From: an uncultured Planctomycetota bacterium
Lineage (GTDB): Bacteria; Planctomycetota; Planctomycetia; Gemmatales; Gemmataceae
Reading direction: 5' to 3'
DNA: 64,000 bases
Assembly (NCBI GenBank): GCA_963849325.1
Contig: CAWKHF010000002.1
Coordinates: 288,001 to 352,000, forward strand
Part shown: piece by piece, positions 51,564 through 60,230 of the stretch
Layout: each line of letters opens with the position of its first letter
Position numbering within the stretch: position 1 is the stretch's first letter
Translations under genes and position numbers: made by a program
Notes under the pieces: model-generated
The model's database searches: none
Told to the model about the DNA's origin: nothing
The model's input: only the letters and a program-made list of their open reading frames with translations

Positions 51564-52697
51564 TCACTCGGTTGATCTCAATTTCACCCGCACGAACTTC
51601 GGACGGTAGACAGTGTCCTCGCGGAAGAGTCGGGCGAACTCCCACGTGTTCACGCAGTAGCTAACCAGCAAGCCTTCCCCGGCCGCCCACGGATGGGCCT
51701 TGCCCGCGTAGCAGAATACGCCCTTGTCCTTCGCCATTTCCGGGCACTGGTACAGGAGTACCGGGGCCGACCACGGGCCTTCCGGGGCGTCGGCGAAGCG
51801 GCCGACGATGCGGTCGCCCAGACCATTCTCCGTGTACACCGCGACGTAACTCTTCCGGCCCGGCAGCCGGCTGACGGAGAACTCCGTGGCCAGGCCGTCC
51901 GCCAGCGCAGCGGCGTCCGCCGGCTTATCGCTCCAGCCGTCCGCCGTGCGGTAACGCCACGCCGCGAAGTCCTCCGGCCGATCGGCTGGCACGCGCGCCA
52001 CGGTCAGCCGCCGCCTGCCGATCCCTTTCCCCTTCTCCACGTAACCGTAGACGTACAGGCGGTCGCCGTCTTGCAACACCGCCGAACCCCATGAGCGCTC
52101 GCGGCCGCGCCCGAACTCCGCGAACGGCAACAGATGTTGCTTCATCCGCCATTTCTCCGGTTCCGCGTTCGGATCCTCCACAATCGCCAGCCACTGACCG
52201 ACGTGCTTGAACCCGAAGGCGCCTTCGTCCCCGGTCTTTTCGATCTGCGGCAGGAAGACGAACAGTCGTTCGCCGGCCCGGAAGGCGGCCTGCGGCCAAA
52301 ACCAGCCCTTGCCGTCCGCCGGGGTGAACAGGGCCGCCGGCTTGTCCCCGTTCGTCTTTCCGGCCACAAAGCGTATCGCGTCCTTCTCTCCGCGTCCGCC
52401 CTGAAGGCCGACGGTGTTGTTCACCATCACCGCCCCGGCGCGCCGACCGTCTTTGACTTCGCCGAGCAGCGTGTCGCCGAACAGCCACAGCACGCGCCGG
52501 GGGCCGAGCACGGCCGAGTACGCACCGTCGCCGCCGATCCACCCCTTTCGACCGGCGAACTTCGCATTCCACTCCGGCGCCGGCTCCGCCTTGACGACGA
52601 CTGGAAGGCGGGGAGCGGGTGGCTCGGCCCGGCCGTCCGGCAAGGAGATCGCCGCCATCATCCACGCCGCGCCGACGATAGGCCAGGTCTTCGCCAT
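51564..52697 (-). CDS. Secreted DUF4185/DUF5005-like beta-propeller protein
   Basis: Signal peptide; GWIGGDG, WLFGDT, YVYG, PEGPWS, YAGKAHP. Confidence 0.7.
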   Translation of the reverse strand: MAKTWPIVGAAWMMAAISLPDGRAEPPAPRLPVVVKAEPAPEWNAKFAGRKGWIGGDGAYSAVLGPRRVLWLFGDTLLGEVKDGRRAGAVMVNNTVGLQGGRGEKDAIRFVAGKTNGDKPAALFTPADGKGWFWPQAAFRAGERLFVFLPQIEKTGDEGAFGFKHVGQWLAIVEDPNAEPEKWRMKQHLLPFAEFGRGRERSWGSAVLQDGDRLYVYGYVEKGKGIGRRRLTVARVPADRPEDFAAWRYRTADGWSDKPADAAALADGLATEFSVSRLPGRKSYVAVYTENGLGDRIVGRFADAPEGPWSAPVLLYQCPEMAKDKGVFCYAGKAHPWAAGEGLLVSYCVNTWEFARLFREDTVYRPKFVRVKLRSTE

Positions 52698-52806
52698 GAG
52701 GTACTCCCGTTCGACAGCATTCGCCGCCCGCTCCGCCTATTCTAGACAGCGGAGGCAGGAGCGAAGAGAATGATCCTCGTCCATCGCTTGGGGCAGCGTT
52801 TCTCCC

Positions 52807-53883
52807 ATGAGAAGGTGCGAATTCATGCCGTGCTTCCGCCTTTGTTGCGGCACCTCGATCGTGCTGCTTTGTTGCACCGGCTGTCCGCGCTCCGTGTCGG
52901 AGCCGCGCGTTGTCCTCTACTGCGCCGAGGACGAGGAGTTCGCCGTCCCCGTGCTCGACGAGTTTCGCCGGAGCACCGGCCTGGCGGTGGCGCCGAAGTA
53001 CGACACGGAAGCCGACAAGTCCGTCAGCCTGTATCGGGAGTTGCTCAGCGAAAAGAACCGTCCGCGCTGCGACGTGTTCTGGAACAACGAGGTCCTGTCC
53101 ACGATCCGTCTTCAGAAGCAAGGACTGCTGGAACCTTACGACAGCCCTTCGGCCCGGCCTTACCGCGCCGAAGCGAAGGCAGAGGACCACAACTGGCATG
53201 CCTTCGCCACCCGCGCCCGTATCCTCATCGTCAACACTCGCCTTGTCGGCGTGAAGGACCGGCCGCGCAGCCTGCTGGATCTGACGGACGAGCGTTGGCT
53301 CGGCCGCGTGGTCATGGCCCGACCGCAGTTCGGCACCTCGGCGACGCAAGCCGCCTGCCTGTTCCAGGCGCTTGGGAGCGAACGGGCGAAGAAGTTTTAT
53401 CTCGACCTCAAGGCCAACGGCGTACAGATCGCGCCCGGCAACAAACAGGTGGCGGAGTGGGTCGGACGGGGACGAACACCGCTCGGCCAGGAAGTCGCCG
53501 TCGGCATCACCGACACCGACGACGCGATGGAGGAAGTGCGGGCCGGCCACGACGTCGCCCTCGTCTACCCCGACCGCGATGCGCCCGCCGACAGCCGTCT
53601 GGGCACGCTGTTCATCCCCAACACGCTCGCCATCCTCAAAGGCAGTCCCAACCCGGAAGGAGCGCGGCGGCTGGTCGATTACCTGCTGAGTGCCGAGGTG
53701 GAGAAACGACTAGCCGAGGGAGAGAGCCATCAGGTTCCGCTCAATCCCGAGGTGGAGGCGAAGCTGCCCCGCGCGATCGAAACGCCGAAGACGGTGCGCG
53801 CAATGCCAGTCGATTTCGCCCAGGCGGCGGAACGTTGGGATGAAGTGCAGACGTTCGTGCGTCGGGAATTCGCCCGGCCGTGA
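52807..53883 (+). CDS. Fe(III)-type ABC transporter substrate-binding lipoprotein
   Basis: Lipobox-like TGC; PRCDVFWNNE, RARILIVN, TDTDD, IPNTLAI. Confidence 0.85.
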   Translation: MRRCEFMPCFRLCCGTSIVLLCCTGCPRSVSEPRVVLYCAEDEEFAVPVLDEFRRSTGLAVAPKYDTEADKSVSLYRELLSEKNRPRCDVFWNNEVLSTIRLQKQGLLEPYDSPSARPYRAEAKAEDHNWHAFATRARILIVNTRLVGVKDRPRSLLDLTDERWLGRVVMARPQFGTSATQAACLFQALGSERAKKFYLDLKANGVQIAPGNKQVAEWVGRGRTPLGQEVAVGITDTDDAMEEVRAGHDVALVYPDRDAPADSRLGTLFIPNTLAILKGSPNPEGARRLVDYLLSAEVEKRLAEGESHQVPLNPEVEAKLPRAIETPKTVRAMPVDFAQAAERWDEVQTFVRREFARP

Positions 53884-53947
53884 CGCAAGATCGAGGTTTT
53901 CGTTTAGCCGCGACGCGCGCTCCGCTGCGCGTCGCGGCTAAACGAAG

Positions 53948-55000
53948 TTATTTCTGTTCCCTCGACCGTCCGGCCAACATGCCGCAACCGCCGTGGATGT
54001 CCTGACCGCCGCTGTAACGGCGGACGACCGGCATCCCCAGCTCCGCCGTCAGCGCGTCGCGGAACGCCTGCAACTCCTCGGCCGACGGCGGCAGGAACTC
54101 ACCCGTCGCATCATTGACCTCGATCAGGTCCATTCGCACCGGCAGACCGGCGGTCAGCTCCGCCAGACGACGCGCATCCTCGGAGCGCGTGTTGATGCCG
54201 CGAAGCAGCGTCCACGCCAGGGTGATGCGATTGCCGGTCGCCGCGTGATACTCGCGCACGGCCGCCATCAGCTCGGGCAGGGGGTGCGTGTTCTCGACCG
54301 GCAACAACTCGCGGCGCTGGGCCGAGTCGGCCGCCGTCAGCGACACAATGAGACGATACGGCCGACGCTCGGCGGTGAAACGGCGAATCATCGGCACGAT
54401 CCCGACGGTCGAGATGGTGATGGCGCGGGCGTCGATGGCCAGGCCGCACGGGTCCGACAGGACCTGCGCCGCCCGCATCACGCGCTCGTAATTGAGCATC
54501 GGTTCGCCCATGCCCATGAAGACGACGCCGCGCACCGAGTACGGCGAATCGTCCCGCACCTGCATGACCTGATCGACGATCTCCCATGTCTCCAAATTGC
54601 GACGGAAGCCCATGCGGCCGGTGGCGCAGAAGACGCAGCCCATCGCGCAGCCGACCTGCGACGACACGCACACGATGTACTTCTCCTCGCCGGGCCGGTG
54701 GAGCAGGGGGATGCGCACCGCCTCGAACGGCTCGGTCCCGACGCCGCGGAAGAGGTATTTGGCAAAGCCGTCGGTCGGCGAGACGATTTTCTCGATCCGC
54801 GTCAGCTGCGGGATGCGTGTCGTTTGCCGGACTCGTTCGAGCAGGCGACGCGGCACCTCGGGCATCTGCTCGGGAATGCCGCCGTGCTGCAAGACGGCGG
54901 CCTGGAGACGGCGGGCAAGGCGGACGCTGACACCGTGAGGGGCCAAAAGCGCGTGCAGACTCTCGGCGGTGTGCTCCTTGAAAAGGATCGCTTCGTTCAC
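53948..55000 (-). CDS. RlmN/Cfr-family radical SAM enzyme (divergent paralog)
   Basis: CVSSQVGCAMGCVFCATG, FMGMGEP, ISTVG, DIHGGCGML. Confidence 0.88.
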   Translation of the reverse strand: MNEAILFKEHTAESLHALLAPHGVSVRLARRLQAAVLQHGGIPEQMPEVPRRLLERVRQTTRIPQLTRIEKIVSPTDGFAKYLFRGVGTEPFEAVRIPLLHRPGEEKYIVCVSSQVGCAMGCVFCATGRMGFRRNLETWEIVDQVMQVRDDSPYSVRGVVFMGMGEPMLNYERVMRAAQVLSDPCGLAIDARAITISTVGIVPMIRRFTAERRPYRLIVSLTAADSAQRRELLPVENTHPLPELMAAVREYHAATGNRITLAWTLLRGINTRSEDARRLAELTAGLPVRMDLIEVNDATGEFLPPSAEELQAFRDALTAELGMPVVRRYSGGQDIHGGCGMLAGRSREQK

Positions 55001-55013
55001 GACGTTCCCTCGA

Positions 55014-55138
55014 AAGAAGAACCTCACGCAAAGACGCAAAGAACGCAAAGAAGAAAAGAGACGAATAACGAATCATCGTCCCCTCTCTTTCTTTCTATTT
55101 ACTTTGCGTTCTTTGCGCCTTTGCGTGAGGTTCTTCTT
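55014..55138. repeat. Fold-back tandem repeat (ACGCAAAGA-type)3 ... (CTTTGCG-type)3
   Basis: ~37-bp near-perfect inverted arms around an AT-rich spacer. Confidence 0.9.
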
Positions 55139-55215
55139 GTCGGAAAGCCGCTTGCCGTCCGGCGGCGGGAGGTCCATGATGAAGCGAAGACGGTTCTTTT
55201 TCCGGGAGGTCGATC

Positions 55216-56007
55216 ATGCAAACCGAGATTTCCGCCCGAACGATCAGCTACGACGAAGGCGGCACGGGACCGGCCGTCGTGCTGTTGCACGCCTTCCCGC
55301 TGTCGCGCTCCATGTGGGCGCCGCAGATGGAGGCACTGCGGGACCATTATCGTGTGATCGCCCCGGACCTGCGCGGCTTCGGCGGCAGCAAGGACTTCGA
55401 CGAGCCGCCCGCGCTCGACCAGGTGGCCGACGACGTGGCCGGCTTGCTCGACGAACTGAAGGTCGGCGAGCGCATCGTGCTGGGCGGACTGTCGATGGGC
55501 GGTTATGCGGCGCTGGCCTTCGCCCGGCGACACCCCGGCCGCTTGCGCGGCCTGATTTTAGCGGACACCAAGGCGGAGGCGGACGACGCCGAGGGCAAGG
55601 CCAACCGCGAGCGCCTGATCGCCTTCGCCGCCGAGCACACCGGCCGCGACGTCCTGGAGCAAATGCTCGCCAAACTGGTCGCCCCGGAGACGATGGCCCA
55701 GCACGCGGAGGTGGTCGAGCGCATTCGCCACATCGCGGCGGACCAGACGCCGGCGGCGATCATCGGCGCCTTGAAGGCCATGCGCGATCGGCCGGACTCC
55801 GGCCCGTCGCTGTCAGCCCTCGCCGTGCCGACGCTGGTCGTGGTCGGAGAGAAGGACGTGCTCACGCCGCCGGCGGCCGCGGAGTCGCTGGCGGCGCGGA
55901 TTCGGGGAGCGAAGTTGGTGCGTATCGAGGGCGCCGGCCATCTGTCGAACCTGGAGAAACCCGAACTATTCAACGCGGCCGTGCGCTCGTTTCTCGCCGA
56001 GTTGTAG
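55216..56007 (+). CDS. Alpha/beta hydrolase
   Basis: LLHAFP, APDLRGFG, GLSMGG, GEKD, AGHLSNLE. Confidence 0.92.
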   Translation: MQTEISARTISYDEGGTGPAVVLLHAFPLSRSMWAPQMEALRDHYRVIAPDLRGFGGSKDFDEPPALDQVADDVAGLLDELKVGERIVLGGLSMGGYAALAFARRHPGRLRGLILADTKAEADDAEGKANRERLIAFAAEHTGRDVLEQMLAKLVAPETMAQHAEVVERIRHIAADQTPAAIIGALKAMRDRPDSGPSLSALAVPTLVVVGEKDVLTPPAAAESLAARIRGAKLVRIEGAGHLSNLEKPELFNAAVRSFLAEL

Positions 56008-56020
56008 GAACCTATTGTCC

Positions 56021-56070
56021 CAGCCGCTTGCGGCTTCGCGTATCGCTGCCCGCGAAGCCGCAAGCGGCTG
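56021..56070. repeat. REP-like palindrome family E (AGCCGCTTGCGGCTT)
   Basis: Related copies near 23545-23579, 32171, 46979 and 63068-63102. Confidence 0.85.
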
Positions 56071-56219
56071 TCGGGCTTCGCGATGGTAGCCCTTACATCG
56101 GCTGAGACGTTTTTACAAATCGCGCTCGCCGGCCTCCGTCGTTCCCCCGACGGCGAAAAAGAGCGAAGGTTCGGCAGGCATTCGAGTTAGAACACATTAA
56201 CACATTTGCACCCTTTCTC

Positions 56220-56235
56220 CGGCACGGGCCTTGCT
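56220..56235 (+). promoter_or_regulatory. Sigma54 -24/-12 promoter
   Basis: CGGCACGGGCCTTGCT versus consensus TGGCACGnnnnTTGCW, with exact GG-N10-GC spacing; AT-rich tract upstream. Confidence 0.7.
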
Positions 56236-56245
56236 TAATGAAGAG

Positions 56246-56510
56246 ACGACCCGACCGATTGTGGAAGCGAGGGTCGGGTGCTCGCACGGTTAGCGAACGG
56301 TCTCCCCCACCGCTTCGCTCGCGGTATCCCCGTCCGTGCCGGGCCTGCGATGGTTGTCGGGAGGATCCCCCATCCTCTCGACATAGATCAGCGCGGCGCC
56401 CACCGAAGCGAGTACACCGACAACGCTTCTCTCATCCCCCTCCCTCCTTTTTGGCAAGTCACCGAACCCCCTTGAAGCCCTCCGCTCCCCCGCGGAGGGC
56501 TTCCCTCTTT
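56246..56510 (+). ncRNA. Candidate sigma54-dependent sRNA with repeated UCCCC(C) loops
   Basis: Five hairpins (56249-56279, 56292-56319, 56320-56338, 56355-56383, 56474-56503), four with C-rich loops; the last is followed by CCUCUUUU; no convincing ORF. Confidence 0.5.
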
Positions 56511-56685
56511 TCCGCTCGCCGCACTTCGGAAAAGTGTATGCTTCCTCCGGCCGATCCGCGCTGGTAGAATGTGGCCTAGTCGCTTCGATCCGAAGATCGG
56601 AGAACACGGGACTCTTATCGACCTTGCGGAGCGTCGTCGCGCGGCCGGAAGAACGGCCGGCGCCTCCGACACCGATCCACGAACC

Positions 56686-57133
56686 ATGAATTTTCAAATT
56701 GACGTCTCTTCCGCCCTGCCGTGCCCCCCGGCCGACCTCCCTGCCACCTCCACCGCCGTACCGGAAACGGTCGATCTGCTGCGTCAGATCCTGGAGGTGC
56801 AGCGCGAGCAATTGTCTTACCAGCGGGCTGCCGCCGCGGCGCATGACGTGACCGCCCGCTGGCGCGCTCTTCCTGTCGCGCTGGCAGCAGGACTTTCCCG
56901 ATCTGGCCGAGGGCTGCCGCAAAGCTCTGCCACACCTGGAACGCAGCTATGGCCAACTTCTCCGCGACCTGACCGACAAGCTGACGGAAGAAGAGCACGG
57001 CCTGGATAACGACTTCACCCTACAAGAGTTCCTCGACCGCTTTGGGATGCGCCTCGCCCAACTGGGCACCATCCTCAACCTGGTCGCTCCCCTTGCGGAA
57101 GCCGCCGGCTCGTCGTCGGGCGAATCGGCGTGA
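56686..57133 (+). CDS. Hypothetical protein (frameshifted near 56870)
   Basis: MNFQIDVS..DLLRQILEVQREQL..; second frame continues ..FTLQEFLDRFGMRLAQLGTILNLV; extended -10 TGGTAGAAT at 56562-56570. Confidence 0.7.
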
Positions 57134-57150
57134 ACGAGTCGCAAATGGGC

Positions 57151-57203
57151 GAGCGGGGGCGTCAGCCCCCTGTTGCTTCCAACAGGGGCTGACGCCCCCG
57201 CTC
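57151..57203. repeat. REP-like palindrome family F (GAGCGGGGGCGTCAGCCCCCTG)
   Basis: Inverted repeat between convergent genes; half copy at 13201-13224. Confidence 0.85.
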
Positions 57204-57221
57204 AAATTATTGGAAACAAGG

Positions 57222-59983
57222 TCATTCTCCGTAGTCGCTGCCGGCCGACTCGCCGCGACTACGGACGCTCTCCGGGATGACGTACTCGCCGCCCTCAATG
57301 CTCTTGGTCGCCTCGGAACGCAGCTGTTCCATCAGCTTCTGATAGTACGTGCGCCGCCGGGTGTTCATCGTGTCCAGCCAGAGCGGGTTCGGGCCGTCCG
57401 CGTAGGCATACACCTCGTAGAACTCGCGGCGGTCGGGAACCTGCGGCTTCTCCATCAGCACGGCGACGTAATAGTGCTGGACGGGCTGATCCGCCAACAC
57501 CAAGGCGTCGCCCGGCTCCTTCAGGGTCAGAAGGCGCGTGACGAAGTCGGCCGACGGATGGGCAATGCGGTCGGCGGGCGGCTGATAGGGACGGAAATCC
57601 TGCGGCGTCGCCTTGCGGCCGATGAAGAACGCCGGCGGCCGGAGATGGGCCACGTTGGTCAACTCGAACACTTCGCCCTGCTTCTGCTCGCGCAGATACT
57701 TGATGGCGTCGGAGGCGTTGGCGTGCTGTTCCTTCAACTCCGACGCGATGCGGTCGGCCTCCTTGCGTGCCAGCCGACGGGCCTGCTCGAAGTACCAGGC
57801 TTTCTCGACCTGATCGCGCACCACCTCGAACTTCTGGGGGTGTGCCGGCTTGTCCTCGGAACGCCAGAACACCCACGTCTCGTCCCCGGAGCGCGAACGG
57901 AACTGCTGCGATCGCATCGGGCGATCCATGTCGAACTGTCGCTCAATCGGACTTAGCTCAAAGCTGTGGAACATCGCACTCACGAAGTCCGGCCGCTGCT
58001 GCGGCCCGCCGAACTGGAAGAAGGGGTTGTCCGCCGTCTCGTCGTAAGCGGTTTGCAGCTCTTTCAGGGCGGGGTCGGGATGGTCGATCATCTCCTGGCG
58101 CGTCTGGGCCTCGGCCATCGAATGGAAGTTCTCCAGGCCATAGTCGGCGACGACCTTTTTCAGATAATCGTCCAGCTTCCGATCCGAGTGAGAACTGATG
58201 AGCTTGTCCAACTCCTTGCGCAGGGCGAGGACGTTGGCCTCCATCGCTCGGCGGGCCATGTTCGTCTCGAAGCGCTCGACCATCTGGCCGCGCACGGCTT
58301 CCAGCGCTTGCGCGGAGTGCAGATAGCGCGTCGGCAGCGTGGCCGCCACCAGGGGCGAGGGACTGGTGCCGGCCAGCACGGTCGAGGCGAAGGCCGTCAC
58401 GGTCGCTCGTTCGTACAGTTCGTTGGTGGCCAGCAGGGTAATCGGCGCCGCCAGGGGTGAACCGCCGGTGCCGATGTCGCCCAGGAGCTGCCCGAGCACC
58501 GCCGCCGGCGCTTGCGCCTCGGCGGCGCGGCGGTCGTTCAGATCGACGCCCTGGCCGAAGCGGAAATGACTCTCGAACGACTTGCCGTCGTCCTTGTCGT
58601 ACTTGAGGGCGCGGCCGGCTTCCTCCTTGCGGTATTCCTCGTACTGAGTCTGGATGGCGGTCTCGACATCGCCGGGGACCGCGAGGTTGATGGCCCAGGC
58701 CACGCCGCCGCCGGCGGCGAAGGTGGACGCCGGGCCACCGAGGCGAAACAGCGGCAGCAATTCCGTCGCTTTCTTCGCCAGTTCGCGCGCGAACGGCCCG
58801 TCCGGTCGGTAGCTGAAATACTGCACCTTGATGCGTCGCGGCTCCTTGAAGCCCGGCTGGCGCCGCGTCGGCGACGGCTCGTCGTTCTGGTAGCGCGCGT
58901 ACAGGTTGCGCAGATCCTCCGCGTTCGGTTTGCGCTCGACCTTCGAGACGAAGTTCTCGACGGCGATCGGCAGCAGGTTCACGGCGAGCGTGGTGCGCTG
59001 CTCCTGGAAATAGCGGAAGAACTCATCCGGTGTGGCCACGGCCGGGCTGTGATGGATACCGTCAAACCGAGCGCGGAAATGGCGGACGCCCGTGCCGAAA
59101 CCGAGCACGGCCTCCTTGGCGATGGCCACGCGGTACTCGTCGGTCAGGGCGCGAAGCAGGTCGTTCGTGCCGAGGTTCTTGTGGATCTTGGTGCTGGCGC
59201 CGAAGAACCGGCGTACCCAATCGTGGTTCTCGAATTTGCTGTCCGGCTTGAGGAATTCTTCGTTTCCCCAGGCGCGGTTGACCTCGCGGCAAACGTCGGC
59301 GGGCGTCAGGACGATGCCGAGCCGGTCGGCCTCGTGCTTCCATACCAGAAAGTCGAGCAGATCGTCCACCTTGGGCGTACCGCCGAAGTAGTATTCGTCG
59401 CGCGGCTTCTCGGGGTTGAGAATCCAGGCCTGGAAGGCCAGCGCCGTGGCGATGGCGTCCACGGATCGGACCTGCTCCTCGTTCTTCTGCACGTCGGGGC
59501 GGTCCAGCAGTTTCTGCACGGATGCCAAGCTGTCCATGATCTGCCGATGCTGCTGCTCCGGCGGAGCAAACCGGAGCATCGGGTTGCGCAGACGCTGTCC
59601 ATCGCCTGCAAGGCCGTCTGCAGCGGGTTGTCGGAGACCTCGTTCGGCCCCTTCCTGTCCCGTTCGACCTTCTTGCGGATGTCGTTGACGGCGCTGTCCA
59701 GCGGCGTGGCGTAGACGATGCCGAAGAGAAGAAACTCACTGCCCAGCTGCCGCTGCATCTTGAGCCGGTCGAGGTCATCGGTATGGATCGACTTGCCGTA
59801 AAGGGACAGAACTTCCTCGCCGGAATGGCGCGTCAGTCCGATCCATTGCAGGATGTTGTGGAAGGGATCGGCGCCGCCGGAGGAGAAGCCGGTGAAGACG
59901 AAGGTGATCATGCAGAGCAGAATCAGAAGGGCAAAGTAGACCTTCTGCCGTTTGCGGAAGTGGCGGAATGGATGAAAAGCCAT
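57222..59983 (-). CDS. Large membrane-anchored protein, PpiD/SurA-N-like chaperone candidate (frameshifted near 59585)
   Basis: FRHFRKRQK plus TM anchor; EADRLGIVLT..V, PRRIKVQY, FEVVRDQVEKAW..ARRLA motifs. Confidence 0.6.
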
Positions 59984-60131
59984 TGGCAATCCTCGCTTAA
60001 GGTCGCGCCTCCAGTCCGCCGAGCCGCTGCCGGACTTGACACCCGGCGCAAAGCTATAGTATGGGTGAAAGGCGGACTTCGCTCAAAGTGGTGATTGTAG
60101 CGACTCTGGTTGGCAACACAACAGCAACAGG

Positions 60132-60212
60132 AGGGGTCAGGGGTCAGGGGTCAGGGGTCAGAAAAACCGGCAACTTCATTTCTGACCCCTGACCCCTGAC
60201 CCCTGACCCCTG
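60132..60212. repeat. Fold-back tandem heptamer repeat (AGGGGTC)4 - spacer - (TGACCCC)4
   Basis: Directly visible in the topA 5' region. Confidence 0.92.
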
Positions 60213-60230
60213 CACAACAGGGAGACGGCC

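Noticed and set aside
53948-55000. Cfr antibiotic resistance gene
   Set aside because: Motifs are RlmN-type (SSQVGC, MGMGEP) and there is no mobile context
56246-56510. tmRNA, RNase P RNA, SRP RNA or tRNA
   Set aside because: No tRNA-like ends, no GAGGAAAGUCC signature and no SRP loop motif recognised
60110-60126. Second sigma54 promoter upstream of topA
   Set aside because: GG-N10-GC spacing is present but the CAC and TT consensus positions are missing
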